A stretch of 64,000 nucleotides of DNA from an uncultured Deinococcaceae bacterium (GTDB lineage: Bacteria > Deinococcota > Deinococci > Deinococcales > Deinococcaceae), in NCBI GenBank assembly GCA_964252075.1, contig CAXULY010000006.1, positions 131,444 through 195,443 of the forward strand. Direction: 5' to 3'. The notes below the pieces were generated by a model that did no database searches, was not told where the DNA came from, and worked only from the letters and a program-made list of their open reading frames with translations. A program made the translations under genes and the position numbers. This document shows positions 46,007 to 56,580 of the stretch, in pieces (within the stretch, counting starts at the first letter, position 1; the number at the start of each line of letters is the position of its first letter).

Positions 46007-46903
46007 ATGCTGCTGTTTCCCGCCGAGCCCTTCGCCGGGCGCGTTCCTGACGAAGCGTACGCCGCCGAAGTTGTGGAGGCCGAGCGGCACGACTTGCCCA
46101 CCTCACTGCTGGATTTCGAGGCGCTCGAAGGAGGTGACCTCCAGCGCGCCCTGCGCTGGCTGCCCGAAGCGGAGGTGCCGGGGCCCGCGGTGTACCGCGG
46201 GTGGATGATGCGCCCCGCGAGCTATGGCGAGTTGCACACAGCGCTGCGGGAGCGGGGGTGGACGCTCATCAACACGCCTGAACAGTACGCGTTCACGCAC
46301 CACCTTCCCCGATCGTACGCGGTGATCGCGGACGTCACCCCCAGGACCATCTGGGTGCCCGCCGATACGACGGACGCCGTGGACTGGGCGGCGGTGCGAA
46401 CGGCGCTGGCGTCCTTCGGCCCGCATCCGGTGATCGTGAAGGACTACGTGAAGTCCCGCAAGCACGAGTGGAGTGAAGCGTGCTTCATTCCCGATGCCTC
46501 CGATCTGGGCCACGCGCTCCAGGTGGTGGAAACCTTCCTGTCGCGGCAGGGCGAGCAGTTCCAGGGCGGCGTGGTGTTGCGCGCTTTCGAGCCCTTCACG
46601 GCGCTGACCACGCACTCCCGGAGCGGCATGCCGCTGACGCGCGAGTACCGCCTGTTTGTCCTCGATGGGCAGGTCGTCACGAGCGACGCGTACTGGGAGG
46701 AGGGGACGTACCCCGAAGAGGCATTGCCCCTCGCCCACTTCGAGGAAATCGCGGGGCGGGTGAACAGCCGGTTTTTCACCATGGACATCGCGCAGCGGGC
46801 GGACGGTGCGTGGCGGGTGGTGGAGTTGGGGGACGGGCAGGTGGCGGGCCTGCCGGAACGCGCGGACCGCTCCCGGCTGTACGCCGCACTCGCGCACCTC
46901 TAA
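46007..46903 (+). CDS. ATP-grasp domain protein (R2K-like)
   Basis: VYRGWMM, IVKDYVKSRKHEW, EYRLFV, FFTMDIA, VELGDGQVAG; TACACT 6 nt upstream. Confidence 0.85.
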   Translation: MLLFPAEPFAGRVPDEAYAAEVVEAERHDLPTSLLDFEALEGGDLQRALRWLPEAEVPGPAVYRGWMMRPASYGELHTALRERGWTLINTPEQYAFTHHLPRSYAVIADVTPRTIWVPADTTDAVDWAAVRTALASFGPHPVIVKDYVKSRKHEWSEACFIPDASDLGHALQVVETFLSRQGEQFQGGVVLRAFEPFTALTTHSRSGMPLTREYRLFVLDGQVVTSDAYWEEGTYPEEALPLAHFEEIAGRVNSRFFTMDIAQRADGAWRVVELGDGQVAGLPERADRSRLYAALAHL

Positions 46904-47115
46904 GGTGCGCGCTCGGGCGGCCCCGCGGAACTCAGCGAATCTGGGCGGTGCTTGCGCACCGCACCCACCACCGTGCTCCTTGCCGTGACCCAAAGGCCGG
47001 GCCATGGTGCCTGCCCGCTGCAGGTCATTGAAGGGTTAGGTGCGCCGCAGAGACACGTGGTGGGGCGCCGGTCCTGGGTTCACCCTGACGGACGCTCAGG
47101 TGGAGGGCCGCCGCG

Positions 47116-47313
47116 TTACAGGGAGGCGAACGAGGGGGCGTCCACGGCGGACAGCGCGTACTGACCACGCAGGTACAGGCCGTCCAGGGCGGGCCGGCCG
47201 AAGAGCGCCACGACGCGGTCGATGTGCAGCACTTTGCGCTGTTGCGCGTGGCGCACCAGCACCTGCGTGATGGTGCCAGGCAACCAGGAGAACCTGAAGG
47301 TGGTGGATGGCAT
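47116..47313 (-). CDS. Small hypothetical protein (65 aa)
   Basis: GAGG RBS; MPSTTFRFSWLPGTITQV...; protein-like composition. Confidence 0.5.
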   Translation of the reverse strand: MPSTTFRFSWLPGTITQVLVRHAQQRKVLHIDRVVALFGRPALDGLYLRGQYALSAVDAPSFASL

Positions 47314-47473
47314 GAGGACCTCAGTGTGAGGAGGGGCAACCAGCTGCGGCAGCGTCACAAGGCGCGCGGCAGCGGCACAGACCGTGTAGTCCGGTGCCAT
47401 CAGCGTACGGGGATCCGCTGGGCGGAGTGTCCCGATGGGTGTGGCGGGGTGGTGGGGCTCCGGTTCCTCATTG

Positions 47474-48163
47474 TCAGCGACCGTCCGGCTCGCCATCCTC
47501 GCGGGTCAGGGGCAGCAGGCCGAGGGACACCAGGTGCAGCCCGCCCTGCCCGTCCGGCGGGCGCGCCGCCTCCATGCGCCGGTAGAGGTCCCCGAGTTCC
47601 TCAGCGAAGCTGCGCGCCATCTCGTCTGACAGCCGCACGGTGAACACCACATCGCTGCCCGGGCTGCCCTGCCGCGCTCGGTCTTCCGTCGGCGCGCCGC
47701 CGTCCGCCGACTCGCTGTGCACCTCGCCGCTGACGGCGTCCCGGTAGATGAGCCGCCCCACCGCGGCGCGCTGGCGGGCGCGCCGCGCGGACGCGCGGTT
47801 GCGCAGGCGGTCGAAGGGCGCGTACTGCCGCGCCATCATGGCCTCCACGTCCTCGAAGGGCGTCACCTCGAACGGCACGTGGAAGCCGTCCGCCACGGCT
47901 TGGTAATACCGCACGGGGCGGCCGCTGCGGCGCTCCTGGCGGGTCTCGCGCAGCACGCCCGCGCGCTGGAACTGGGTGATGCGGTACGCCATGCGCTGCA
48001 GGGAGCACCCGGCCTCCCGCGCCGCCTGCGCGGCGCTGCGTTCCGCCCCCAGGAAGGGCGTCAGCAGCGCGCGCGCGGTGGGGTCGGTGAGCAGGCGCGC
48101 CTGCATTTCATCCCGCACCTCGAGCCACTGGCCCTCGAACGAACCCAAAACCATCTGCTGCAT
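47474..48163 (-). CDS. Winged-HTH (ArsR-like) regulator, Deinococcus-type
   Basis: ARLLTDP, SAAQAARE, RSGRPVRYYQA; divergent from MFS gene. Confidence 0.8.
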   Translation of the reverse strand: MQQMVLGSFEGQWLEVRDEMQARLLTDPTARALLTPFLGAERSAAQAAREAGCSLQRMAYRITQFQRAGVLRETRQERRSGRPVRYYQAVADGFHVPFEVTPFEDVEAMMARQYAPFDRLRNRASARRARQRAAVGRLIYRDAVSGEVHSESADGGAPTEDRARQGSPGSDVVFTVRLSDEMARSFAEELGDLYRRMEAARPPDGQGGLHLVSLGLLPLTREDGEPDGR

Positions 48164-48192
48164 TTTGAGTAGGGTGCGCCGACCATCGGGGC

Positions 48193-49398
48193 ATGACTGT
48201 GCCCGCGCCCACCCGAGTGCTCACCCCCGCCTTCGCGCTGTACCTTGCGGGCTTGTCCGGCACCGCGCTGGCGGACGCCGTCCTGTCCGTCGCCCTGCCC
48301 TTCGTGGTGCTGACCGCGGGCGGCACGGCGGCCGAGCTGGGGCTGGTGGTGCTGTGCGCGAGCCTGCCGCGCTTCGCGGCCCTGCTGCTCGGCGCGCTCG
48401 CGGACCGCCTGCCCCTGCGCCCCCTCGTCGTGAGCGCCGCCGCGTTGCGCGCCCTGCTGGTCCTTGCGGTGGGCGCCTACGCGCTGGCGGGCGGGTCTCT
48501 GGTGTGGGTGTTCGCGGGTTTCGCCCTGCTGAACAGCACCCTGGTCACCCTGACGCTCGCCTCCGGGTACGTCGTGGTGCCGCGCCTGGTGGCGGAGGCC
48601 CAGCGCGCGCAGGGCAACAGCCTGGTGAGCGGCGCGGGGCAAGGCGTGCAGCTGGTGGGGTACGGGCTGGGCGGGCTGCTGGTGCACGTGCTGGGCGGCG
48701 GCCCCACCCTGTTGCTGGCCGCGCCGCTGTACCTGCTGCTGGCGCTGGTCGCGGCGCGGCTGTCCGCATACCGGGGTGGCTCCGGGGCCGTCCGCCGCCT
48801 GCCGCTGGTGCAGGACCTCATGGACGGCTGGCAGCTGGTGCGCCGCCAGCGCCTGCTGCTGTTCAACCTGGGCCTGACCTTCCTGCTGAACTTCACGCTG
48901 AACGTCCTGAACGTGCGGGCGCCGCTGTTCGCGCAGACGGTGGGCCGCGGCGCCGTGGACTACGCGTGGATTGAGGGGCTGTTCGCCGCCGGGGCGATGA
49001 TCGGCATCCTGGCCGTCTGGCTGCTGCGGCGCGCCACGGTGCGCGTGCAGTTCCTGCTGGCACTGGCGGTGGTCACGCTCGGCTTGCTGGTGCACGGGTT
49101 GGCGCAATTACCGGCGTGGTTCGTGGCGTCGGCCGTGACGGGCCTGGGGGTGGGGCTGCTGGACGTGACGAGCATGACGCAGCTGCAGCAGCTGGTACCG
49201 GACGGCCTGCGCGGGCGGGCGACAGGCCTCTCCATGAGCCTGGCGGCCTGCGGGCTCAGCCTCGGCGCGCTCGTGGGCGGCTCGACCTGGAGCACCACGA
49301 CCCTGATGCTGGCGCTGGGCGCCGCGCTGGTCGTGTACGCGGCAGGGTACATCCCGGTCAGCCGACCTCAAGCGGCCGCAGAGCCAACGCGGTCATAA
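48193..49398 (+). CDS. MFS transporter
   Basis: GALADRLPLR motif A, about 12 TM segments, VPDGLRGR. Confidence 0.92.
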   Translation: MTVPAPTRVLTPAFALYLAGLSGTALADAVLSVALPFVVLTAGGTAAELGLVVLCASLPRFAALLLGALADRLPLRPLVVSAAALRALLVLAVGAYALAGGSLVWVFAGFALLNSTLVTLTLASGYVVVPRLVAEAQRAQGNSLVSGAGQGVQLVGYGLGGLLVHVLGGGPTLLLAAPLYLLLALVAARLSAYRGGSGAVRRLPLVQDLMDGWQLVRRQRLLLFNLGLTFLLNFTLNVLNVRAPLFAQTVGRGAVDYAWIEGLFAAGAMIGILAVWLLRRATVRVQFLLALAVVTLGLLVHGLAQLPAWFVASAVTGLGVGLLDVTSMTQLQQLVPDGLRGRATGLSMSLAACGLSLGALVGGSTWSTTTLMLALGAALVVYAAGYIPVSRPQAAAEPTRS

Positions 49399-49865
49399 AG
49401 TCTGCGAGGATCGGTCGCCTCTGCACCCGCGTGTTCCGGCGTCTCCTCTGCCCCATCACCCGCGTCTTGGCGCCCCCTGTGGGCCTTCCACTTCGCGCCA
49501 CGACGAGTCCATGGTTCAGGATGGTTTCTTCCGGACGCGCGCCGCTTCCCGTTGGAGGCGCCGCGGCGGGGTCCCCGTGAGGCCTCGCCGTCACCCTCCC
49601 CGCGTTTGTGGCGGGGGTGGTCGCGGTCCTTCACGGCCCGGCACCGGCCGCAGGAGCACACGGTGTTCAGCTTGCTGGCCTGCCCTTCCCACCGGTACAC
49701 CCAGCCCCACATCCCGTTCGGTGGAGGGTCGCCCACCGAGGCGCGTCGCAAGCGAGCGGCGATGATGCGGCGCCGCTCGTGGCGTACCCGCGCCCGTTCA
49801 CGTCGTCTGTGCTTGATGGTTTCACCCGCGCGTCGCGGGTGTGATTTGGATCGGTCGGACTCCAA
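49368..49865 (-). CDS. Basic hypothetical protein with CSCxxC motif (boundaries uncertain)
   Basis: RARVRHERRRIIAARLRR...W..GQASKLNTVCSCGRC..K.RD.PRHK. Confidence 0.35.
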   Translation of the reverse strand: MESDRSKSHPRRAGETIKHRRRERARVRHERRRIIAARLRRASVGDPPPNGMWGWVYRWEGQASKLNTVCSCGRCRAVKDRDHPRHKRGEGDGEASRGPRRGASNGKRRASGRNHPEPWTRRGAKWKAHRGRQDAGDGAEETPEHAGAEATDPRRLYDRVGSAAA

Positions 49866-50317
49866 GCGGAGCTGTTCAGGCCGCCGACCCGCGACGCGTG
49901 GAGGGGCGTGGCGCCGTGGTCATGCCCGCAGCCTATCGTGATCGTCCCTGGGCGGTGTCGGTGGAGCAGAGAGAACGCCAAGGAGGGTGCGGCAAGTCGT
50001 TGAGGATCCGAATGAATCACAGCGCCAGGTGCAGGCGGGCTGAACGTCACGCGGCCTGTTGCACGACGTCTCGCCAGACTTTGAATGCTGATCTATGGTG
50101 ATGGCATCGATGATGAGCAGGTCGAGTGGAGCGAGCGGGGTGGTGGTGGTAGAGGATGTGGGCATCCAGCTCACGGAAGCCCTATGCTCGCTTCCGTGAC
50201 CCGAAACCTCGCTGCTGGCGTCCGCATTGGCCTCCGTTTGGCCCAGACGCCATCGGGCCGTCCGCCTCAGCGGGCAGAGCCCAGGACCGAAGGCAGCGGA
50301 GCGCACCCTTCACGCGG

Positions 50318-50908
50318 TCATGACGGAGCGCCCTGCGTCTCCTCGTCCAGCGCGACCGTTCTGTAGCGCAAGAACACCTGCCCACTCGAATACACGCGGC
50401 TCTCGAGCAACGCCAGTTGAATCCGCTCGGTGAACAGCGGCAATCCATGACCGAGCGCCACCGGGTGGACGGTCAGCCAGAACTCATCGACCAGCCCGCG
50501 CGCCATGCAGGCCTGACCGATGCTGGCACTGTGCATGATCAGGAGGTCACCGCCCTCCCCCTCCTTGAGGGCCCGCACCTCACCCACGAGGTCGCGGCTG
50601 AGCCGTGAGTTTTCCCAGGGGGCGCCGTTCAGGGTCGTCGAGAACACGATTTTCGGAATGTCGTCGAGCCAGCGGGAGAACATCAGGTCCGTGTCCGTGA
50701 CGTCAGGCATCTGGGCCACCCTGGGCCAGTACTGCCGGAATCCCTGGTAGTTCTTGCGCCCCAGCAGCACCGTGCCGATCTGGGGAAACGAGTGATGGAC
50801 GCGGTCGCGCCAGCCCTCCTGATCCAGGGTGAACCAATCGAATTCGCCATTCGACCCGGCGTAGAAGCCGTCCAGGGTCAGCTGAAGTTGCATGATCAGT
50901 TTCCGCAC
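50318..50908 (-). CDS. Dihydrofolate-reductase-like (RibD C-terminal) protein
   Basis: GGAGG RBS; RKLIMQLQLTLDGF, LLGRKNY, KIVFSTTL, LVDEF..HPVALGHG. Confidence 0.9.
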   Translation of the reverse strand: MRKLIMQLQLTLDGFYAGSNGEFDWFTLDQEGWRDRVHHSFPQIGTVLLGRKNYQGFRQYWPRVAQMPDVTDTDLMFSRWLDDIPKIVFSTTLNGAPWENSRLSRDLVGEVRALKEGEGGDLLIMHSASIGQACMARGLVDEFWLTVHPVALGHGLPLFTERIQLALLESRVYSSGQVFLRYRTVALDEETQGAPS

Positions 50909-51498
50909 CCGCACCTCCGAGGGCCCTGATGATCTCAGGCGCTTGTGCATGTTGCCGTGGCTGTTGGCCGCCGTCTTGAACGAAACGGCCATCGAGCGGC
51001 GGACGGGGTCCTCGAGCACCCACGAGACGTGAACCCTCCGCGAACCCCAACACAGGCCCAGCGTGAGGCGCCACCAGCCGCACATGCACGCGTGAAGTCG
51101 GGTGGGTGAACCTGCGGCAGCCATGGATGGACACAGTGGAGGTGAGCGCGCGGAGTGACCCGCCACGGCGGCCGAGCATGAAGGCACGCGGCGTGGTGCG
51201 CTTTCGCGGTCGGCCGATTGAGGCCTCACCGCCGTGAGGTGACACGGCGGTGCTGGCGTTGAGGATGACTGCATCGGGTCCAGTGGGCCCCGAGGGTTCA
51301 TGTGCTGGAGGACGCGTGGGGTGGCCTGAGCCCGTCTGCTGCCGGTCGCGAGGGTCACGCACGCACCTCCGGTGAGGGCCGCGCGGGCCGGGATCGTGGT
51401 CGGCCTCGCCGTGCAGTGGGGCGGCAGAGGGGTTCGGTGGCCCTCTGAAGGGCGTCAGGGCCAGCGCCACCCCAGTTGTGGGGTGGCGTGGCGTCCGA

Positions 51499-52752
51499 TC
51501 ACTCGCGGGGGGTCGTGGGGAGGGCCGCGGCGCGAATGGGTCCGCTGAAGGTGGTCAGCAGGGCGAGGCCCACCAGCCACCCGGCGCACACCAGCGTCAG
51601 GGTGGGCGCGCCCAGGCGGGTCAGCAGCATCCCGCCCAGAATCGTGCCGATGGCCGACGCGCCCGTCACCAGCGTGCCGACGGCGCTGTTCGCGCGACCG
51701 CGCAGCCGGTCCGGGGTCACGTTGATCCGGTAGGTGTCGATGGCGACCGCGTACACCGGCGCGATGACCGATTCCAGCAGCGCCACTGCCGCCAGCCACG
51801 CCCAGGAGGGCGCCACCGCGTAGAGCGGAAACGCGAGCGCTTCCACCCACAGCATGGTGACCGCCACCCGGCCCAGCGGCCAGCGCCGCGTGACGCGCGG
51901 GGCCACCATCCCGCCCAGCAAGCCGCCCACCGCGGCACCGCTGAACACCAAGCCGATCTGCACGGCATTCGCGCCGGTGTGCCGCGCCAGCTCAATGATC
52001 AACAGGTAGCCCGCGCCGTACCGGAGGCCATCGGCGGCTTCCACCAGCGCCAGAACGCGCATCAGCGGCTGGCCACGCAGCCACGACAGCCCCTCACGGA
52101 TGTCGGCGAGCAAATCGGCCCGCAGGGCCGTGACCTCCACACCATCGGTGGCCTGCTGAAAGGACCTCCGAATGGCGTGCAGGCTGAGCGCGGACAGCAG
52201 GAAGGAGCAGGCGTTGAACGCGAAGGGCACCACCGGGCCGAGCGCATACGCGATGCCGGCGAGGGGAGCGCCCAGAATGCCGAGCGCGCGACTGGCGGCC
52301 TGCGTGGCGCCCAGGGCGTCCGGCACCTGACGTTCAGGGACGAGGTGGGGAATGGCGGTGGTGTTGGCGGTCTGAAAGAGCACCGTGAGGATGCCCGTGA
52401 GGAGGGCGACCACATACAGCTGCGCGAGCGTGAGGACCTGCCAATGGAGGGCGGCGGGGATGGTGGCGGTGAGGGCGGCGCGGCCCACTTCCGTCCAGAT
52501 CATGGTCCGCCGGCGGTCCCAGCGGTCGACGAGGCCGCCCGCCACGAGCCCCATGAGGAGGTACGTGGCGGTGCCCAGGCCCAGCACCGTGCCGGCCTGG
52601 GTGGTGGAGCCACTGATGGACAGCGTGACCAGGGGCAGCGCGAGGCTGTGCAGCTGATTGCCGAGCTGCGAGATGAGTTGACCGGAGGTGAGGCGTCGGA
52701 AGTCGGCGTTCGCCCAGACGGAGGGGGCGCCCGCGGTGCGATGTGGTTTCAC
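51499..52752 (-). CDS. MFS transporter
   Basis: GGLVDRWDRR motif A, TPDRLRGR, TM helices. Confidence 0.92.
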   Translation of the reverse strand: MKPHRTAGAPSVWANADFRRLTSGQLISQLGNQLHSLALPLVTLSISGSTTQAGTVLGLGTATYLLMGLVAGGLVDRWDRRRTMIWTEVGRAALTATIPAALHWQVLTLAQLYVVALLTGILTVLFQTANTTAIPHLVPERQVPDALGATQAASRALGILGAPLAGIAYALGPVVPFAFNACSFLLSALSLHAIRRSFQQATDGVEVTALRADLLADIREGLSWLRGQPLMRVLALVEAADGLRYGAGYLLIIELARHTGANAVQIGLVFSGAAVGGLLGGMVAPRVTRRWPLGRVAVTMLWVEALAFPLYAVAPSWAWLAAVALLESVIAPVYAVAIDTYRINVTPDRLRGRANSAVGTLVTGASAIGTILGGMLLTRLGAPTLTLVCAGWLVGLALLTTFSGPIRAAALPTTPRE

Positions 52753-53438
52753 GTGGGTATCCTGGGTGGGTCAGGCCCCCTGTGCAGGGGCGCTGGAGGG
52801 TGTCGACAGCGGCAATGCATGAACCAGCGGCCAGCACCAGACTGGTGTGGCGGCCCATCAACCCGCGCTGCACGTGCGGCGAAGGCGCGCGTGACGGCTG
52901 GGGTGCATTGAGGCGGTGGACAACCTCGCTAGGATTTCCGCGGAAGCATACGCCGCCACTGTAGCCCGCCGCTGGGTGCGTCAGGAAATACGCCGTTTGT
53001 CGTAGGCGACGCGGCGTCATTGCTGGGCGACAGCGACATCCTGGAGCCAGCGGTCACGACCCCCTTCACGCCTGCCGAGGATGGACTGGGCTGATAGGGG
53101 CTCACCATGGCGGGTTCGGGACGCGCCGAACGTGCGGCGGGACCGGTGAGCCGTGCGGGTGTTCCTTTTGGGCCTGGTCCGGCGCGCCGTTCACGTGGGG
53201 CCGATCGACACGTGGCCCGTGGTGCGCCGCCTGCGGGACCTGCGAGGGGGTGCGCCTGCATCCCCGTGGGTTTTCTGGGCGGGCGTCCAGCCGGCCGGGC
53301 AGCAGCGCGAAGGGACTGGAGGAACGCCCTTCCCTCCTGAACCCCCGAGGTTCCCCTTGAAGATTCAACACGTTCACTGCGACGCGCGGGGGGTGGGACG
53401 ACGGCGAGTGGGGCGGGCACCGGCGCCGTGGCAGGAGT

Positions 53439-54059
53439 TCAGGACCGCCGCAATAAGCGCGATTCCAGTCCCTGACGCACCTGCGCCCACTCCGTGTCCA
53501 GCACGCTGAACACCACGGTGTCGCGCCGGCGGCCCTCCCGCGTGAGCTGCGCCGAGCGCAGCACGCCTTCCTCCACAGCGCCGAGCCGCGCGAGGGCCAC
53601 CCTGGACCGCGCGTTGAGGGCGTCGGTGTGGAATTCGACGCGCAGGCAGCCCAGCCGCTCAAACGCGTGGGTGAGCAGCAGGAGTTTGGCTTCGACATTG
53701 ACGCCGGTGCCCCACACGGCCGGACTGTACCAGGAGCCGATCATCGCCGAGCGGTTCGCCCGGGACAGGCGCTTCAGCCGGGTGGCACCCACGATCCCAC
53801 CGGTGGTGCGCCAGCGCACCACGAACGGCAAGGCGGTGCCCGCCGTGTACTCGCGCCGCAACCCGTCCACGTAGCGGGCCATGGCGTCGGGCGTGCGCGC
53901 GTCACTGGTGGTGTAGGTCCACACGTCGTCATGCTGTCCCGCGAGGAGCAGCTTCGCGCCATGCTCGGGCTTCAGGGGTTCGAGCCGCACCAGGCGGCCG
54001 CTCAGCGCGCGGGTGGGCAGCGGGACGGGCCAGGAGGCGGGGGGGAACGACTCGGGCAT
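53439..54059 (-). CDS. GNAT N-acetyltransferase (RimJ/RimL family)
   Basis: LVRLEPL, WGTGVNVEAKLLLLTHAFE, NARSR, EEGVLR, RDTVVFS. Confidence 0.92.
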   Translation of the reverse strand: MPESFPPASWPVPLPTRALSGRLVRLEPLKPEHGAKLLLAGQHDDVWTYTTSDARTPDAMARYVDGLRREYTAGTALPFVVRWRTTGGIVGATRLKRLSRANRSAMIGSWYSPAVWGTGVNVEAKLLLLTHAFERLGCLRVEFHTDALNARSRVALARLGAVEEGVLRSAQLTREGRRRDTVVFSVLDTEWAQVRQGLESRLLRRS

Positions 54060-55358
54060 GCAGGTCCTTTCTGCGTTCAGGGCGGAGGCACGACGACCAT
54101 GGCACCTCAGCCGTGTTCTGGCGTCGGGCGCGGACGCCCTGGTGCCGCTCCGTCGAGGTCCCCTGTGCTCTGCCGGTGTCGGCGAAGCGGGGCAGGGCGG
54201 GAGCTCAAACGTCACTTCAAACTGACCCAAAGGTAGGTCGGCACGGGGCGTGACGCAAGGCGTCGAGCGTTCGCTCCACCGGAAGACCCGCGCCGATCCT
54301 GCACTTCCACCTGACCCAGGGGCCGCTGGCCCATCACGCGCGGCTGCCGTGACGAAGGGCGGCGTCACTCAGGCTGGTGCGGCGCTGGAGCAGACCGGCG
54401 CCATGAACGTGCCGTCGCCGGCAGACCTGCGGGGCCCGCTCGTCACCGGTCACTCCAGGTGGGTTCGGAGCCAGCGCCACGAAGCCAAGGTGGACGATGG
54501 ACTGGGCGTGGCCTTCGCTCCTGAGCGGCACGCTGATCGGCTCACCCTGAGGGCGGGCTGATGCGCGCGATGTTACCTGCTTGGCGGTCCACTGTCCGCC
54601 GCCTTTGTTGACGGGCTGACCCTCCGCACGCCGTCCCACCGCGGCGATCGGACGCGGACCCATGAACGCCCGACCTTCTGATGGTCGAGGGGCACGGGTG
54701 GAGCGAGGCCCTGGAAATGTGGCGCGTCACCGGAGACCTACCGCCCCCTGGCCCCAAGCGCCGCGGCTTCACCCCAGCGACCCGCCGGGCCGCCGCCGCC
54801 AGTCCAACGGCCGAAGGGAGGGCTGGTCACCCAGGCGCGCTTTCGGCACGCCGCAGCGCTCCTTGGGCTGGCCACCATGAGCGACGATCGATCCCCATCG
54901 CCGAACGGTCGCGCCAGAATGAAGCCATCACGATCCACGTCGCCCCCGTTCCTGCGGAAAGGTGTAGCGCAACGGCATTCGGGGATCCGCGCACGCGCCG
55001 TCGATGCATCATGCCCGCGCTGGGCGGTGGTGGGCTGAAAGGGCGGCGCCACGTGCGCGTCCTGCTTGGTGTAAAGCAGGTGCACACGGTGGCCGTACTG
55101 GTCCTGTGGGGCGTCGACGTGCGTTCCTGAAGGCTGGTGTCCAGGTCGAAGCACGAGCCGCCGTTCGGTGCGGTCGGTGCGGATGAGCCCCAGCACCGCC
55201 CGACAGCGCCGGGTCGGGTTCCTGACGGCCCGCGGCGCGGGCAACACCCCCACGGGCAGGGCCATGAAGCGGTCCAGGTCATGCCAGGAGAAGTGGCGGT
55301 GGGTTTTGAGTCACAAGCGGTTCTGGACGGCGGCCACCTGGGTCCGTAGGGTGATCGC

Positions 55359-55790
55359 ATGACCCATCATCACGTGACGCTGAGCGAGGCGATGCAGCGG
55401 TTGACCCAGCACGGCGAACGCTTCGCGCCGGTGTTCGCCCGCGGCAGCCTGGAGGTGGAGCTGTACCACCCACTCGGGCGTGACCACCAGACACCACACG
55501 ACCGCGACGAACTGTACGTGGTCGTGACGGGCGCCGGCCGCTATCGGTGCGCAGGGACCTGCACGCCCTTCGGGCCGGGGGCGTTGTTGTTCGCGGCGGC
55601 GGGCGTCCCCCACCGCTTCGAGGACTTCGGCGACGACCTGGTCCTGTGGGTGGTGTTTTTTGGCCCGCTGGGGGGCGAGCGGCCGCCCCACCGTGAGGTG
55701 CTGGGGAAGTGCGTGCCGGAGGTGGTCGCACCGCACGCTGAACAGCCGGAGCGGCGCGACGACCGGGCGCCGGTGGGCCATGATGCGTGA
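55359..55790 (+). CDS. Cupin-domain protein
   Basis: QTPHDRDELYVV, AGVPHRFEDF; TAGGGT 6 nt upstream. Confidence 0.88.
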   Translation: MTHHHVTLSEAMQRLTQHGERFAPVFARGSLEVELYHPLGRDHQTPHDRDELYVVVTGAGRYRCAGTCTPFGPGALLFAAAGVPHRFEDFGDDLVLWVVFFGPLGGERPPHREVLGKCVPEVVAPHAEQPERRDDRAPVGHDA

Positions 55791-56163
55791 CGGGCTGGCG
55801 CCGCACGCGCGGGCGCGCGACGGCCGCCGGTCGCGGCGGGTCGTGGAGGTGCGGACGTACGTCCTCAAGGAGGGCGTACAAGAGGCCTTCCTGGAGCTTT
55901 TTCGCCTCCAGGTGCGGCCCCTCCTCGCGCGGTGGGGCATTGACGTCGTGGCGTGCCGCGCCTCACTGGGTGACGGGCGTGGCGCGTACCTGATCCGGGC
56001 CTTCGACAGCCTTGAGGACCGGGAGCGGCGGGAAGCGGCGTTCTATGACAGCCCCGACTGGCGCGGCGGACCGCGCGCCCAGGTCCTCGCGTGCATCGAG
56101 GCGTACAGTGACGCGGTGCTTGAGCTTGAGGGACCGGTCGTGGACGCCTTGCGCGCCCCTTGA
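55780..56163 (+). CDS. NIPSNAP-family protein
   Basis: VVEVRTYVLK, YLIRAFDSLEDR, FYDSPDW; start uncertain. Confidence 0.82.
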   Translation: MMRDGLAPHARARDGRRSRRVVEVRTYVLKEGVQEAFLELFRLQVRPLLARWGIDVVACRASLGDGRGAYLIRAFDSLEDRERREAAFYDSPDWRGGPRAQVLACIEAYSDAVLELEGPVVDALRAP

Positions 56164-56580
56164 CGTCCGGCCTCACGGCACGGTGAAGGTGCCAGGTGGG
56201 TGCCTTCTCGGTCAGGTTCGTCGGGTGCGGGCGCGGTTGTGGGGCACTGCATCCGTCATGCCTCAGGGCCAACGGGCCTTCCGGGTTCGTCGCTCCTGTC
56301 TGGGGAACACGCGCCCTGCGCGTCCAGCACAGGTGGGACCGAAGACCGAACGCGGCCACCCAGTGGGCACCGTGGCCGTTCGACCGCAGTGCACACCCAC
56401 GATCAAGACTGAGGCGGCCGTGGGCCCGTGCGGTGCACGCCGCTTCAGGAAGGTCTGAACGCCGGGGCGGTGCAGGCACCCTGGTTCCGGACGGGCGGTC
56501 GGTGCCATCGGGGCGGCGCCGAAGCGCACGGACCTCATCGCACCTGAACGGTCACCTCGACGGACCGCGCGACAGCGTGT

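Noticed and set aside
50090..50170. LAPLDLLIID fragment resembling an IstB/transposase Walker B
   Set aside because: Too short, with no supporting flanking similarity
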